From IMG/VR virus record IMGVR_UViG_3300020231_000201: 20,000 nucleotides of DNA. One strand, 5' to 3'. Position numbers and translations under genes: made by a program. The notes under the pieces were generated by a model. The model had not been told where the DNA came from. It did not search any database and worked only from the letters and a program-made list of their open reading frames with translations. The DNA is from an uncultured virus (IMG/VR IMGVR_UViG_3300020231_000201). Lineage: Duplodnaviria; Heunggongvirae; Uroviricota; Caudoviricetes. Of the stretch, positions 1 to 8,780 are shown one piece after another; position 1 is the stretch's first letter, and the number at the start of each line of letters is the position of its first letter.

Positions 1-29
1 GTGGCAGAAGTAATGAGAGGTATAATGAA

Positions 30-752
30 ATGAGTTTATTACAAATCCATGTAAAGAAGGAATATTATGATCTAATTCCTAGACCTTTAGAAACTGAACT
101 CAATGCACTAAGGGAGTCATTGAGAGAAGATGGTCAGCTTGTTCCTATCGTTGTGAATAACAATGGAGTTATTCTTGATGGGCATACAAGATTTGGAATT
201 TGCCAAGAACTAAAGATTGATCCCATCTATGAAACAAAATCTTTTGAAAACGAAAATGATGAGAGAAAATATGTAATCATAACAAACTTGTCAAGACGAC
301 ATCTAAGCCTTGCTCAAAGAGCTTATCTTGTGTTTGCATGGTGGGAAAAAGAAATAAAGATTAGCAGAAAAGCTGGACAGATCAAAGGTGGTAAAGCTAG
401 AAGGGGCGTAGGAAAATATGCAGGAAAAACAAATGGTAAACTACAAAAAACTCTTGGCAAAATGTTAGGAGCTACTCCACATACTGCATGGAGTTTGATG
501 AAGATATTTCAAAAGGCAGATGAAGAAACAAAACAACGTTTGAGGGAAGGAGAAATAACTATCGCAACAGCGTATAACACCGTATATGGAACACCTGAAA
601 AACTTAGAATCCGATATCCAGAACTATACAAAACCACTCTTAGAAACAAACATAAAATTTGTCTAAATTGTGGAGGAGAAACCAAATCTACTGAGGAAGA
701 ATGTCATGTTCACAGTATGATTTGTTGTACGAAATGTAGGTGGGGAAATTGA
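30..752 (+). CDS. ParB/Srx N-terminal-domain protein with helical region and C-terminal Cys/His (Zn) module, paralogue 1
   Basis: GQLVPIVVNNNGVILDGHTR matches the ParB N-terminal signature; NLSRRHLS follows it; the C-terminus is CLNC...CHVH...CCTKCRWG. Confidence 0.85.
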   Translation: MSLLQIHVKKEYYDLIPRPLETELNALRESLREDGQLVPIVVNNNGVILDGHTRFGICQELKIDPIYETKSFENENDERKYVIITNLSRRHLSLAQRAYLVFAWWEKEIKISRKAGQIKGGKARRGVGKYAGKTNGKLQKTLGKMLGATPHTAWSLMKIFQKADEETKQRLREGEITIATAYNTVYGTPEKLRIRYPELYKTTLRNKHKICLNCGGETKSTEEECHVHSMICCTKCRWGN

Positions 753-1510
753 GCCAAAAACTAGAACTAGATTATTGTGATGAATACTATGATCTAGTTC
801 CTAGACCAAACAAAGAAGAAATTAGATCAATTAAGAACTCAATTCTATCAGATGGACAGCTCTCACCAATATTTGTAAATCCAAAAGGAATAATCCTTGA
901 CGGACATACTAGATGGGAAATTTGTATGGAACTAAGAATCAAACCAATATACATTATAAAGAAATTCAAGACAAAGGAACAGGAAAAAAGATTTGTAATA
1001 ATGTCAAATCTAGCAAGAAGAAATCTTACCTTGTTTCAGAAATGTGAATTGGCATGGGATATATTTTTGGTTGAAAAAGAAAAAGCAAAGGCAAGAACAT
1101 ACTGGAGGCAAAATTATGATCCAGGTCTTATCAAAAAGGGAGATACATTAGAAATGCCAGAGGACTTTAGTAAAAAAGGAACGGCTGCACAAATATTTGC
1201 AAAGTATTTAGGAACTGGAAAACATAGTATTTCAAAAGTAGAATGGTTATTGAAAAACAGTTCTGAAAAAACCTTACAAGAATTGCGTGATGGAACAATG
1301 GCAATTAATAGAGCATACGATTTTGAAAAAGGTTTATCGTACTTCAAAGCCTCCAATGGTCAAAAAGCAAGAGCAAGAAAAAAGAAAACACAGGAATACG
1401 AAAAAATATGTCCTGAATGTGAATGTGATACAGTTCTAGTAAAAGAGAGAAAGAAACCATGCCATGTTCACGACAAAGTTTGTTGTACTACTTGTAAGTG
1501 GGGATATTAA
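749..1510 (+). CDS. ParB/Srx N-terminal-domain protein, paralogue 2
   Basis: GQLSPIFVNPKGIILDGHTR, NLARRNLT and tail CPEC...CHVH...CCTTCKWG. TTG at 749 overlaps the upstream TGA (track start is 740). Confidence 0.85.
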   Translation: MSQKLELDYCDEYYDLVPRPNKEEIRSIKNSILSDGQLSPIFVNPKGIILDGHTRWEICMELRIKPIYIIKKFKTKEQEKRFVIMSNLARRNLTLFQKCELAWDIFLVEKEKAKARTYWRQNYDPGLIKKGDTLEMPEDFSKKGTAAQIFAKYLGTGKHSISKVEWLLKNSSEKTLQELRDGTMAINRAYDFEKGLSYFKASNGQKARARKKKTQEYEKICPECECDTVLVKERKKPCHVHDKVCCTTCKWGY

Positions 1511-1511
1511 A

Positions 1512-1616
1512 ATGGAAACTTGCATTTGTGATTGTGGTTGCAAAGATCCTCCTGCAAAAAGAGATTGGATGTGTAAGAACTGTTCTGGACAGATTCACTT
1601 GAAGGATAGAAAATAA
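1512..1616 (+). CDS. 34-aa Cys-rich microprotein
   Basis: Hand-translated METCICDCGCKDPPAKRDWMCKNCSGQIHLKDRK; fills the gap and is TAATG-coupled to the next gene. Confidence 0.7.
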   Translation: METCICDCGCKDPPAKRDWMCKNCSGQIHLKDRK

Positions 1617-2344
1617 TGAAGTCTAAAAGAATGAAATCTAAATGGCAGCAATTTTTGGCTGGAGAAATTTCAATGCCATCTTGGGAAAAAAAAGCACAAA
1701 GAGAATACTATCAGAAGAACCGAGAGAAAATCAAACAACAAAAGCTCAAGTGGAGAGATGAGAACAGAGAGAAGATAAACAAAAAACAACGTATTAGGAA
1801 TCAATCACCATCTGTTAAAGAATACAAAAAAAAATGGAAAAAAGACTTCTTAGATAAGAATGGAATTAGATATGAAACGAAGTATTACAACGAAAACAAA
1901 GATAAGATTAACGAAAGAAAAAGAGAATGGACAAAAATTCCTGCCAATAGAGAGCAATACAACAACTACAAGAAAGTAAACTTCCAGAGAAAGATTGCAA
2001 TAAGAAAAAACTGCTTTAGTTCAGTTGCCATATTATGCGTGGATGCTATCGAATCAAATGAAAAGAGAATACCAATTACCAAAGAAGGATTAGAATTTCT
2101 AAGATCTGTTGTAGGCTTTGATCCTTACAAATGGCGACCATCAAAAGAGGAACGAAAAGCATACGATAAGAAAAAGGATAAAGCATATCTTAAAAAATAT
2201 GGATTAAAATATCATGCTAAACGCTATCGAGATAAACAAAAGAGATTAGATCCTAATTACAAATGGTATGCTTGGAGAAAAACTCGAACAAACTTCAATA
2301 AATTAACAGAAGTTCCTTCATTCAAAAGAAAGAGGCGTGTATGA
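1616..2344 (+). CDS. Lys/Arg-rich helical repeat protein, probable nucleic-acid binder
   Basis: Repeats REYYQKNREKIK, KWRDENREKIN, KYYNENKDKIN; no nuclease motif seen. Confidence 0.7.
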   Translation: MKSKRMKSKWQQFLAGEISMPSWEKKAQREYYQKNREKIKQQKLKWRDENREKINKKQRIRNQSPSVKEYKKKWKKDFLDKNGIRYETKYYNENKDKINERKREWTKIPANREQYNNYKKVNFQRKIAIRKNCFSSVAILCVDAIESNEKRIPITKEGLEFLRSVVGFDPYKWRPSKEERKAYDKKKDKAYLKKYGLKYHAKRYRDKQKRLDPNYKWYAWRKTRTNFNKLTEVPSFKRKRRV

Positions 2345-2600
2345 AACAATGACTAAGAATTATCACTACCAAACAAATCTTAACTTCGATAATCTTGCAT
2401 ATTTACAGGAACGAACAAAAGACACAGATTCAACATATTGTGGCTGTTCATGTCATGTCAACGGAGAGAAAAATGTTTTTTGTATGTCCTGTGGTTGTGA
2501 TTATAGACAGCAAGAAGGACTACACATGATGAAAACATTATTTCCAAAAGAATTGAAGATCATAAAAGACATTCAAACAGGAATGGAGAATTTAAAATGA
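2337..2600 (+). CDS. Hypothetical Cys-rich protein
   Basis: CGCSCH...CMSCGC; overlaps both neighbours. Confidence 0.65.
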   Translation: MYETMTKNYHYQTNLNFDNLAYLQERTKDTDSTYCGCSCHVNGEKNVFCMSCGCDYRQQEGLHMMKTLFPKELKIIKDIQTGMENLK

Positions 2601-2815
2601 TCTGTGCTAACTGTGGAAAATATATTGCTAGGCATAGTTTGAAAGATGCACAAATTTGTTTGGAATTCTGTTCACAAAAATTAGGTATGAAAGAAAAAAA
2701 TTTGTGCAAATTCTGTAAGCATGAAATTGTAGATGGATTAATGATATTTGACAAACAAAAAAAACCAATTGCTCATTACTCATGCTTCCGTAAATCACAT
2801 GGAATAAGAATGTAG
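2597..2815 (+). CDS. Small Zn-finger protein
   Basis: CANC..H..C and CKFC...HYSC motifs; ATGA coupling. Confidence 0.65.
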   Translation: MICANCGKYIARHSLKDAQICLEFCSQKLGMKEKNLCKFCKHEIVDGLMIFDKQKKPIAHYSCFRKSHGIRM

Positions 2816-2835
2816 AATTAAGGGAGTTAAGGAAA

Positions 2836-3189
2836 ATGAAAAAATTTGATGATAGAGAAAAAAAACATGACCGAGATGTGAACAAGCTTTATCTTCATTA
2901 CAGAAAATTTCTTTCAAAGGAAACCTGCCCAACCTGTAATATAGGACAACCACTAAAAGATATGTTAGAAGTAAGTTATGACAGAAAGAAAAAAAGAATT
3001 ATTCATACAAAATGGATTCATAGTGAGGAAGAATGTTATCGTTGGCATCTTTCAGTTATTTTTGCATTAAGAAAAAGCAGAAGCAAGACAGGAAGAATAA
3101 TGTCAGAAAAATCTATCGATAAAATACTAACATTTAGTTTGAGAAAACTTAGAAGAATAGATAGAAAATTTACGGAGAGGGGAGAATGA
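2836..3189 (+). CDS. Hypothetical basic protein with CxxC
   Basis: 117-aa ORF; CPTC; GGAG upstream; coupled to the next gene. Confidence 0.65.
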   Translation: MKKFDDREKKHDRDVNKLYLHYRKFLSKETCPTCNIGQPLKDMLEVSYDRKKKRIIHTKWIHSEEECYRWHLSVIFALRKSRSKTGRIMSEKSIDKILTFSLRKLRRIDRKFTERGE

Positions 3190-3566
3190 CTATTTTCAAA
3201 GCCTCATACTTTGGTGTTAATCATTGGGATTCAATATCAATCGCAAAAAAAATCAAACAAACTTTCATTGAAAGAAAATTGACAGATAAAAAAAATATAC
3301 CATTAGGGAAATCAAAACTATTGATATTTGGCATGAGTGACAAGGGAGAAACTGCATTTATTGTTGAAGGCTTTGACATTAAAAACAAGTTTGGAATAGT
3401 TATCACACTGCCTACAAACAAAAAAGAAATTCGTATTATTGGTGGTCTATTTACTGATAATGCTTCATTGGAAGCTAAATACAACAAGAGTTTTTCTAAT
3501 CTAGCAGAAGCTTCCAGATATTTTGAAACAATATTGAGTGAATACGATGAGATGATTCTAAAATGA
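3186..3566 (+). CDS. Hypothetical protein
   Basis: 126-aa ORF, ATGA-coupled at both ends. Confidence 0.7.
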   Translation: MTIFKASYFGVNHWDSISIAKKIKQTFIERKLTDKKNIPLGKSKLLIFGMSDKGETAFIVEGFDIKNKFGIVITLPTNKKEIRIIGGLFTDNASLEAKYNKSFSNLAEASRYFETILSEYDEMILK

Positions 3567-3988
3567 TCCCAACAAAATGTTCAGTATGTGGTGGAGAACT
3601 CGAAGATGTTGGAGGAGGAGCTCTAATGTGCAAGGGTTGTCGAATGGGATTCAGGGATAATGGAAAACCACTTCCAAACATGGAACAAATTTTAGAAGAT
3701 GGCATTAAAAAAATGAAAATGTTGAAGAGCTTATATCTAGTATTTCATGGCAAAGAACCAACAAACGAAATCCTTACAAATCTTTATTCATTCCATGAGC
3801 ATAGAGTTGTTGGACACCCTGAAACAAAAGATGGATATTGTGAATTCTGTGAAAGGAATTGGGCAAAGCTTTCTGAATCTGAATTCTTTGAACAGTTGGG
3901 TTATAAGAAGTCAAGGTGGTTTAATGAAGATGGAACTACAAAGGCAGTGAAAACATTTGAAGAAAATAAAGAAGAAATGTTGAGGTAA
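3563..3988 (+). CDS. Zn-ribbon protein
   Basis: N-terminal CSVCGG...CKGC; internal H...CEFC. Confidence 0.7.
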   Translation: MIPTKCSVCGGELEDVGGGALMCKGCRMGFRDNGKPLPNMEQILEDGIKKMKMLKSLYLVFHGKEPTNEILTNLYSFHEHRVVGHPETKDGYCEFCERNWAKLSESEFFEQLGYKKSRWFNEDGTTKAVKTFEENKEEMLR

Positions 3989-3994
3989 AAGTAA

Positions 3995-4090
3995 ATGGAA
4001 CATTGTCAATTTTGCCAACAAGCTTTTGTAATGAAAAAATATCTTGCTGCACATATCACTAGAAAACACCCTACTGAAAAAGAGGCATAA
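3995..4090 (+). CDS. 31-aa stand-alone C2H2 zinc finger
   Basis: MEHCQFCQQAFVMKKYLAAHITRKHPTEKEA = Cx2Cx3Fx5Lx2Hx4H; GAGGT upstream; TAATG-coupled. Confidence 0.8.
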   Translation: MEHCQFCQQAFVMKKYLAAHITRKHPTEKEA

Positions 4091-4290
4091 TGAAACAATC
4101 AAAAATTCTATACAAATGGGATGAACCAATACCACTGTTTGATGGATCTTATGCCAATGCAGTAGAGTGGTATAAGTTCTGGCAGAAATGTGAATTTGAA
4201 TTAAGAAATGCAAGAATGTTAAATGATATTCCAAAAATATTCATCTATGAACAAATAGTTCCTCTTGTAAAAAGAGATGGTATAAGATGA
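4090..4290 (+). CDS. Hypothetical protein
   Basis: 66-aa ORF coupled at both ends. Confidence 0.65.
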   Translation: MKQSKILYKWDEPIPLFDGSYANAVEWYKFWQKCEFELRNARMLNDIPKIFIYEQIVPLVKRDGIR

Positions 4291-4592
4291 AAGTTTCTCC
4301 TCATGTAGCTTTTAAGGGGGAATCAGTTCCGATTCATGTTCCGATTCATCTTCATGGCCCGATGGTATACACACATTCTAAACAAGTAGACAAGAAGATT
4401 TTATATTTCTACATGAATAAAATTTTTACAATCGTTCCATATGACATACCACCTTGCTGTCAGATATTTTATCATTCATGGTTAAATTTCAAAAAAGAGA
4501 TTCCTGAATATGCTGAAAAAATGAATCGGCTATCTAAAAATGCTGGAATAATTTATTGTCCAGATTGTATTGCTAAAAAATTGGAGGCATAA
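4287..4592 (+). CDS. Hypothetical Cys/His-containing protein
   Basis: Duplicated VPIH-VPIH, PCC and YCPDC; coupled. Confidence 0.65.
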   Translation: MKVSPHVAFKGESVPIHVPIHLHGPMVYTHSKQVDKKILYFYMNKIFTIVPYDIPPCCQIFYHSWLNFKKEIPEYAEKMNRLSKNAGIIYCPDCIAKKLEA

Positions 4593-4810
4593 TGAAAGAA
4601 CAAAAAATTCTCATAAAGATTCATAAAAGAATCGCAAAATTAATTTCGGCAGCAGATGGAGCTAGTTTTGAATACATTACAGGATTAGATGTTGCCAAAC
4701 AAATCGTTGAGGAAGAAATCGAATCTAATAAGGAAAGGAAAAACATTCATCATCACGATATTCAAAAATCTTCCAAGTCAATTAGTAAGAAAAAAGTTCA
4801 TAGCTTTTGA
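4592..4810 (+). CDS. Hypothetical protein
   Basis: 72-aa ORF, GGAGG upstream, TAATG-coupled. Confidence 0.65.
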   Translation: MKEQKILIKIHKRIAKLISAADGASFEYITGLDVAKQIVEEEIESNKERKNIHHHDIQKSSKSISKKKVHSF

Positions 4811-4923
4811 CTCATAGATGCAACTGCTCAATTTGTAAAGACGAATGTAAATCTAAAACTGCCAAATCAGTTTGTATCAGATGTCGGTATGGACACCATG
4901 ATAATCAATTCAAAAGATACTAA
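4807..4923 (+). CDS. 38-aa Cys-rich microprotein
   Basis: TTG start overlapping TGA; MTHRCNCSICKDECKSKTAKSVCIRCRYGHHDNQFKRY. Confidence 0.65.
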   Translation: MTHRCNCSICKDECKSKTAKSVCIRCRYGHHDNQFKRY

Positions 4924-5126
4924 CCGATCTTCATAACCTTAGATTTTGGAACAAGAAATTTCTTACCACGATACTTTACACAAACCTGGCTTGGGTTTCC
5001 CATATGCCTTTCTTGTAAAATTACCCTTCTATCCTTGTTTCCAGTATTGATTGTCAGATGCGTTCCAATTTTTACATTTCTGCCTTTGATATTTGCGAAC
5101 ATAGCTCTTCTTTGGTCGTGTTTCAC
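4920..5126 (-). CDS. Small basic protein with N-terminal QRRAMFA motif and beta-rich (SH3/KOW-like) body
   Basis: 68-aa GTG-start ORF with no competing plus-strand gene; its stop overlaps the stop of 4807..4923. Confidence 0.65.
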   Translation of the reverse strand: MKHDQRRAMFANIKGRNVKIGTHLTINTGNKDRRVILQERHMGNPSQVCVKYRGKKFLVPKSKVMKIG

Positions 5127-5239
5127 AAATCAAAATATCGATTAGATCTTTTTCTATCTAGCTGTCAATAATGTTGAAGGCTTTGATGCAGCCATAGTTC
5201 AGGGGGCAAGTTGAACCTTTGTCTAAAATTTTCCGATCT

Positions 5240-5250
5240 ACTTATTAAAA
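5240..5250 (+). promoter_or_regulatory. Putative archaeal TATA box (CTTATTAAAA) for a leaderless gene at 5271
   Basis: About 25 nt upstream of ATG 5271, in a divergent intergenic gap. Confidence 0.45.
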
Positions 5251-5270
5251 TTAGGACCATAAATATCTGG

Positions 5271-5402
5271 ATGCCAAATTGTAAATTCTGTGGGGCCAAT
5301 ATTAAATTAGGCAGAAAATATTGCTCAAAATCTCATGCTACTATGGATAATAGAGAGCATAGAGCCAACCTTTTATTAGGTAAAAAAAGAAGCAAAAATT
5401 AA
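5271..5402 (+). CDS. Small Zn-ribbon protein
   Basis: MPNCKFCG...KYCSKSH; ATG 5271 preferred to track start 5211. Confidence 0.65.
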   Translation: MPNCKFCGANIKLGRKYCSKSHATMDNREHRANLLLGKKRSKN

Positions 5403-5418
5403 TGGGGAATGGGGAGGA

Positions 5419-5925
5419 TTGAGTTTAACAAAATCTACCGCATTTATTATAGTTGGAATATCACTTGTGGCAATTGGTAGTTTAGGTTTACTAGGAGTGG
5501 CAATTGCCCAAATGGAATCTATGACTATTGTTGGTCCTTCACAGCCATATGTTGATACAGTTTTTAATGTTAGTGTAGATGTAGATGGAGTATCAAGAGC
5601 CAGTGGCGGTATTTTTAGAACTGTTATGACATTATTTGAAAAGGAAACTGGCAACGAAATACTTGCAGTTCCAGATTTTCTTCGTAGTGGAATAAACACA
5701 ATTCAAATTAACATGATCCCCGATAGAAATCATAAACCATTGATTGAAGGAATCACATATATCTTACAAATTCAACACGTTTACATAATTTCCCAACACG
5801 AATTTATTCCAAAACCATTTAGTGAAACAGGCACAAAATATACAGTCGAAATCAAAGATGGAATATCCTCAAGTGAAAAGGTAAAACCTGTTAAAGAAAA
5901 TCTACAAACTCTACAAATTTTGTAG
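5419..5925 (+). CDS. Secreted or membrane-anchored beta-rich protein
   Basis: N-terminal hydrophobic helix ending AIA-Q (signal-peptide-like), then alternating beta pattern; GGGAGG upstream. Confidence 0.7.
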   Translation: MSLTKSTAFIIVGISLVAIGSLGLLGVAIAQMESMTIVGPSQPYVDTVFNVSVDVDGVSRASGGIFRTVMTLFEKETGNEILAVPDFLRSGINTIQINMIPDRNHKPLIEGITYILQIQHVYIISQHEFIPKPFSETGTKYTVEIKDGISSSEKVKPVKENLQTLQIL

Positions 5926-5938
5926 ATTAGAAACATTT

Positions 5939-5950
5939 TTTATCAATAAG
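5939..5950 (+). promoter_or_regulatory. Putative promoter box TTTATCAATAAG, copy 1
   Basis: Identical 12-mer at 6921-6932; each copy begins 27-30 nt before a start codon. Confidence 0.55.
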
Positions 5951-5965
5951 TTAAAACGATTAGTA

Positions 5966-6112
5966 TTGAAAGTAATTGGGATTCTTCATAATTGCAAACA
6001 GGTTAAAAGAAAAATTTTCTATGATCCATCAAAATTTGATTACTGCAAACACTGTGGAGAAAGTTTTAAGGGAAAACAGGTTTTGGAATTTGAGGTTTCT
6101 GATTGCCAGTAA
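5966..6112 (+). CDS. 48-aa Zn-ribbon microprotein
   Basis: MKVIGILHNCKQ...YCKHCGESF...; HxC plus CxxC; fits promoter spacing better than track ORF 5976..6179. Confidence 0.65.
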   Translation: MKVIGILHNCKQVKRKIFYDPSKFDYCKHCGESFKGKQVLEFEVSDCQ

Positions 6113-6282
6113 TCCATACCAATATGGGTTCAGCACAATTTTCAAGATTATCCAAAATGGGAAAAAACCGTTGTTCTAATTGTGATATAGAATTAAAATT
6201 AGGAGAACCTGCAATAATTTTAAAGAAAGCAAAACGAAAATGGTATTGTGAACCATGTGCGATCAAATTACATATAATTTAA
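6103..6282 (+). CDS. 59-aa treble-clef/LIM-like Zn finger
   Basis: CSNCDIELKLGE...KWYCEPCAIKLHII; similar to 18393..18548. Confidence 0.75.
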   Translation: MPVIHTNMGSAQFSRLSKMGKNRCSNCDIELKLGEPAIILKKAKRKWYCEPCAIKLHII

Positions 6283-6334
6283 ACAAAGTTACGGTATTGA
6301 CAAAGCTTAATTAGTGTCATAAGTATACTTTGTT
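6282..6334. promoter_or_regulatory. Nested inverted repeat around a TATA-like box (candidate operator/promoter)
   Basis: AACAAAGT 6282-6289 / ACTTTGTT 6327-6334 and TGACA 6298-6302 / TGTCA 6315-6319 flank CTTAATTA 6306-6313; ATG at 6337. Confidence 0.55.
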
Positions 6335-6336
6335 AC

Positions 6337-6417
6337 ATGGGGAAAGGAAACGAGAATATTCTCGAACAAATATGTCAAGACCTTGACATTAAATCGTTTG
6401 AAACAGAATTAGATTAA
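6337..6417 (+). CDS. Possible 26-aa acidic micropeptide
   Basis: MGKGNENILEQICQDLDIKSFETELD; leaderless spacing from the TATA-like box; stop overlaps the convergent gene's stop. Confidence 0.4.
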   Translation: MGKGNENILEQICQDLDIKSFETELD

Positions 6418-6857
6418 ACAAGACTCATTTTTCTTGTGTAATCATAAACACTAAGGTTAGCTTTCTTCGCTTTTCTAACGATCTTTTTGTATTCTCGTTC
6501 GGTAAATCTTAATGCAATAACTTTTTTTCTGTATGTATGAGAGATGTTTACAATTTCTGTCAGTTTAGGTATAGTGAATTTCCTTCTTTGCAAACAACCT
6601 ATGAACATATCATTAACTTTACTTGTTACAAACCATGATTCTAGGAACATTTCTTTATGAACTGAATAAGAACGAATGAAAAAACGATCAAATTTTTTAT
6701 CATATTTGGTTATCACATACTCCCCATGATGCAGTTTGCATTTGGAATCTCTATTCGGGCATTTTGCAGTTGGAATTATTATAGGAAATTTTGATTTTTT
6801 CAAGGTTTCAAGAATAATTTTCACTGTAAATTTCCTATCACGAATAGGCAATACCAA
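6414..6857 (-). CDS. Putative transcription regulator with C-terminal ribbon-helix-helix (MobC/DUF1778-like)
   Basis: RKKVIALRFTEREYKKIVRKAKKANLSVYDYTRK fits the RHH strand-helix-helix pattern; divergent from the membrane-gene run. Confidence 0.75.
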   Translation of the reverse strand: MVLPIRDRKFTVKIILETLKKSKFPIIIPTAKCPNRDSKCKLHHGEYVITKYDKKFDRFFIRSYSVHKEMFLESWFVTSKVNDMFIGCLQRRKFTIPKLTEIVNISHTYRKKVIALRFTEREYKKIVRKAKKANLSVYDYTRKMSLV

Positions 6858-6915
6858 TAAAATTGATTCGTTCCTACATAACCTTTGATTTACACGTTTA
6901 CACGCCCTTTCACAA

Positions 6916-6932
6916 CGAAATTTATCAATAAG
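6916..6932 (+). promoter_or_regulatory. Putative BRE plus TATA box (CGAAA TTTATCAATAAG) for the membrane-gene run
   Basis: Purine-rich BRE followed by TTTA; GTG start at 6951. Confidence 0.55.
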
Positions 6933-6950
6933 GAGTGGCTATTTTTAATC

Positions 6951-7430
6951 GTGAAACAAGATGGTCAAAAGATTTCCTTCGGTTCTTTCAGCATTATCAC
7001 AATTCTTGGTATTCTTGGTGTTCTTGGCATGATTCCGATCTCTTATGCCCAAGACTATGGTGAAATTGGTAATGAGTTTATGGACCAACTGACTGAAGGA
7101 GTTGAGACTGGAATCACATCAATTGACATTCCAGATGAAAACATCATAGATACAACTCAAGAGGAGGTCGATAGCCTGGCACAGTCATTTGCCGAATGGA
7201 TAAATTCATTCTATGACTTTGGCAAAAAAACCCACAGTGTTACAGAAGATGCTATGGCAGTTGTAGCTCCTTCTTGGGTTGATGGGATCATAATTTCGAT
7301 TATTGCAGGGGCAGTTGTCGTGTTGATAATGTGGAAAGTGTTCAAGAGAGTGGGTATTCATTTGGCAATTGCATTTGGAATTTTGGCTGCTGTGATAGTT
7401 TTCTTGATGCTTTTAGACTTAAATTCTTGA
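6951..7430 (+). CDS. Membrane protein: signal peptide, acidic ectodomain, two C-terminal TM helices
   Basis: Hydrophobic stretch ending SYA-Q, D/E-rich middle, two hydrophobic helices; GTG 6951 preferred to track start 6885. Confidence 0.75.
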   Translation: MKQDGQKISFGSFSIITILGILGVLGMIPISYAQDYGEIGNEFMDQLTEGVETGITSIDIPDENIIDTTQEEVDSLAQSFAEWINSFYDFGKKTHSVTEDAMAVVAPSWVDGIIISIIAGAVVVLIMWKVFKRVGIHLAIAFGILAAVIVFLMLLDLNS

Positions 7431-7460
7431 CCTATAATTGCTAAAAACACCTATTTTATT

Positions 7461-7919
7461 ATGAGATCAATGGTAAAAACTGGCTCAATAGCATTTGGAG
7501 AAACCTTACTAGCTAAATTATTACCACTGGCAATCGTTATTCCATTATGGTTAAGAATTCAAACATTCATTCCTGAAATACAAATACAATTTAGTATTGA
7601 ACAAGGGGCATATATGTTAGCAATTGGAATAATTGTAGTTGTAGCCATCATCGAATTTAGAATTTCACAAGGAGCTATAAGAGGATTTGAAAGTTTGAAT
7701 CTTGGTTCAGGTCTTGCATTGTTCATTATAGTAGCAGGATTAATTTTATTGGGTTGGATAATTGCAACTGACGTTCAAACATTCTCTGGAACTTCAACAT
7801 TTAATGACATTGTATCTGCTTATCTTGGATTCTCTATTCTTATAATTGGAATTCAAGCTGTTAGAGAAATTACTGGAACAAGAAAAGAATTAAAGCGACA
7901 AGGAGCTTCCATTTTTTAG
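7461..7919 (+). CDS. Membrane protein, about 4 TM
   Basis: Four hydrophobic segments in 152 aa. Confidence 0.75.
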   Translation: MRSMVKTGSIAFGETLLAKLLPLAIVIPLWLRIQTFIPEIQIQFSIEQGAYMLAIGIIVVVAIIEFRISQGAIRGFESLNLGSGLALFIIVAGLILLGWIIATDVQTFSGTSTFNDIVSAYLGFSILIIGIQAVREITGTRKELKRQGASIF

Positions 7920-7938
7920 GTCTAGGATCACATGATCC

Positions 7939-8568
7939 ATGACCGATCTGCTTACTAAACAAAAACTTTCCTTCGCTGAATTTTTTCTTCTTTTAATTGT
8001 GGGTGGTTCTGCACTAGTAATTTTAACTTACAGTGATATAGTCAATCACGATTTCTACGTCTTACCAATTATTTCAGAATGTTTTGCCGAAAACCAAAGT
8101 GAATTTTGTTTAAACATTAGAGAATTACATGGACTCCCATCAGATGCACACATAACTTTAGGTTCTGCATATTGGAAACTTTTACAGCTTCAAGCAATTG
8201 GAATTGGAATAATGTTGTTTGTTTTACGAGTAGGATTCGGTTACTTGGCAACAAAAAAAATTGACGGGTTACTCATCATCAAAGGTTTCATTTGGGGAGG
8301 AACATTTAGTTTGCTATTTTTATTCGGGTGGCTTGACTTCGGATATTATGTAATACAACAAGAACCAATACCTGAACAATTGCCCTGGTTGGATCAAAGT
8401 GGAGTTTTTGTTTGGCTGAAGATGTTCGGAACTGATCCTTTAACGGTAGATAGAGGAGATTTGTATTTAGGAATGTTAATCGGTGCTGTGATAATTTTGG
8501 CAATTTGGATGCTTTTCGTTTACAAATGGAAACAAGTACAAAGAATAGGGAGGCAGATTGGTGTATAA
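7939..8568 (+). CDS. Membrane protein, about 4 TM
   Basis: Hydrophobic segments, loop Cys pair, motif GWLDFGYY...PIPEQLPWL. Confidence 0.75.
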   Translation: MTDLLTKQKLSFAEFFLLLIVGGSALVILTYSDIVNHDFYVLPIISECFAENQSEFCLNIRELHGLPSDAHITLGSAYWKLLQLQAIGIGIMLFVLRVGFGYLATKKIDGLLIIKGFIWGGTFSLLFLFGWLDFGYYVIQQEPIPEQLPWLDQSGVFVWLKMFGTDPLTVDRGDLYLGMLIGAVIILAIWMLFVYKWKQVQRIGRQIGV

Positions 8569-8780
8569 TGGCTAAAGAAGCTGTGTTTCTAGGATTAGTA
8601 ATTAAAGATCCAGTTTGGTATTTGATTGTATATCCATTAATTTTTGCATTGACTTTCGGTGGATTGTTAGCAGGAATTGAAGAATCATTCATTGATATTT
8701 CAGAAACTCTTGCAGCAACGTTCTCAATAGTTTTTGCAGGATTTATAACTTTAATTCTAAGATCGGAGGCTAAGAAATAA
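8568..8780 (+). CDS. Small 2-TM protein
   Basis: MAKEAVFLG...; ATG 8568 is TAATG-coupled (track start 8505). Confidence 0.7.
   Translation: MAKEAVFLGLVIKDPVWYLIVYPLIFALTFGGLLAGIEESFIDISETLAATFSIVFAGFITLILRSEAKK

Noticed and set aside
5976..6266. Track ORFs 5976..6179 (+) and 6066..6266 (-)
   Set aside because: They overlap two better-supported Zn-finger ORFs in other frames.
6297..6329. Bacterial -35 TTGACA and -10 TATACT
   Set aside because: The spacer is 21 nt rather than about 17; an archaeal TATA reading fits better.
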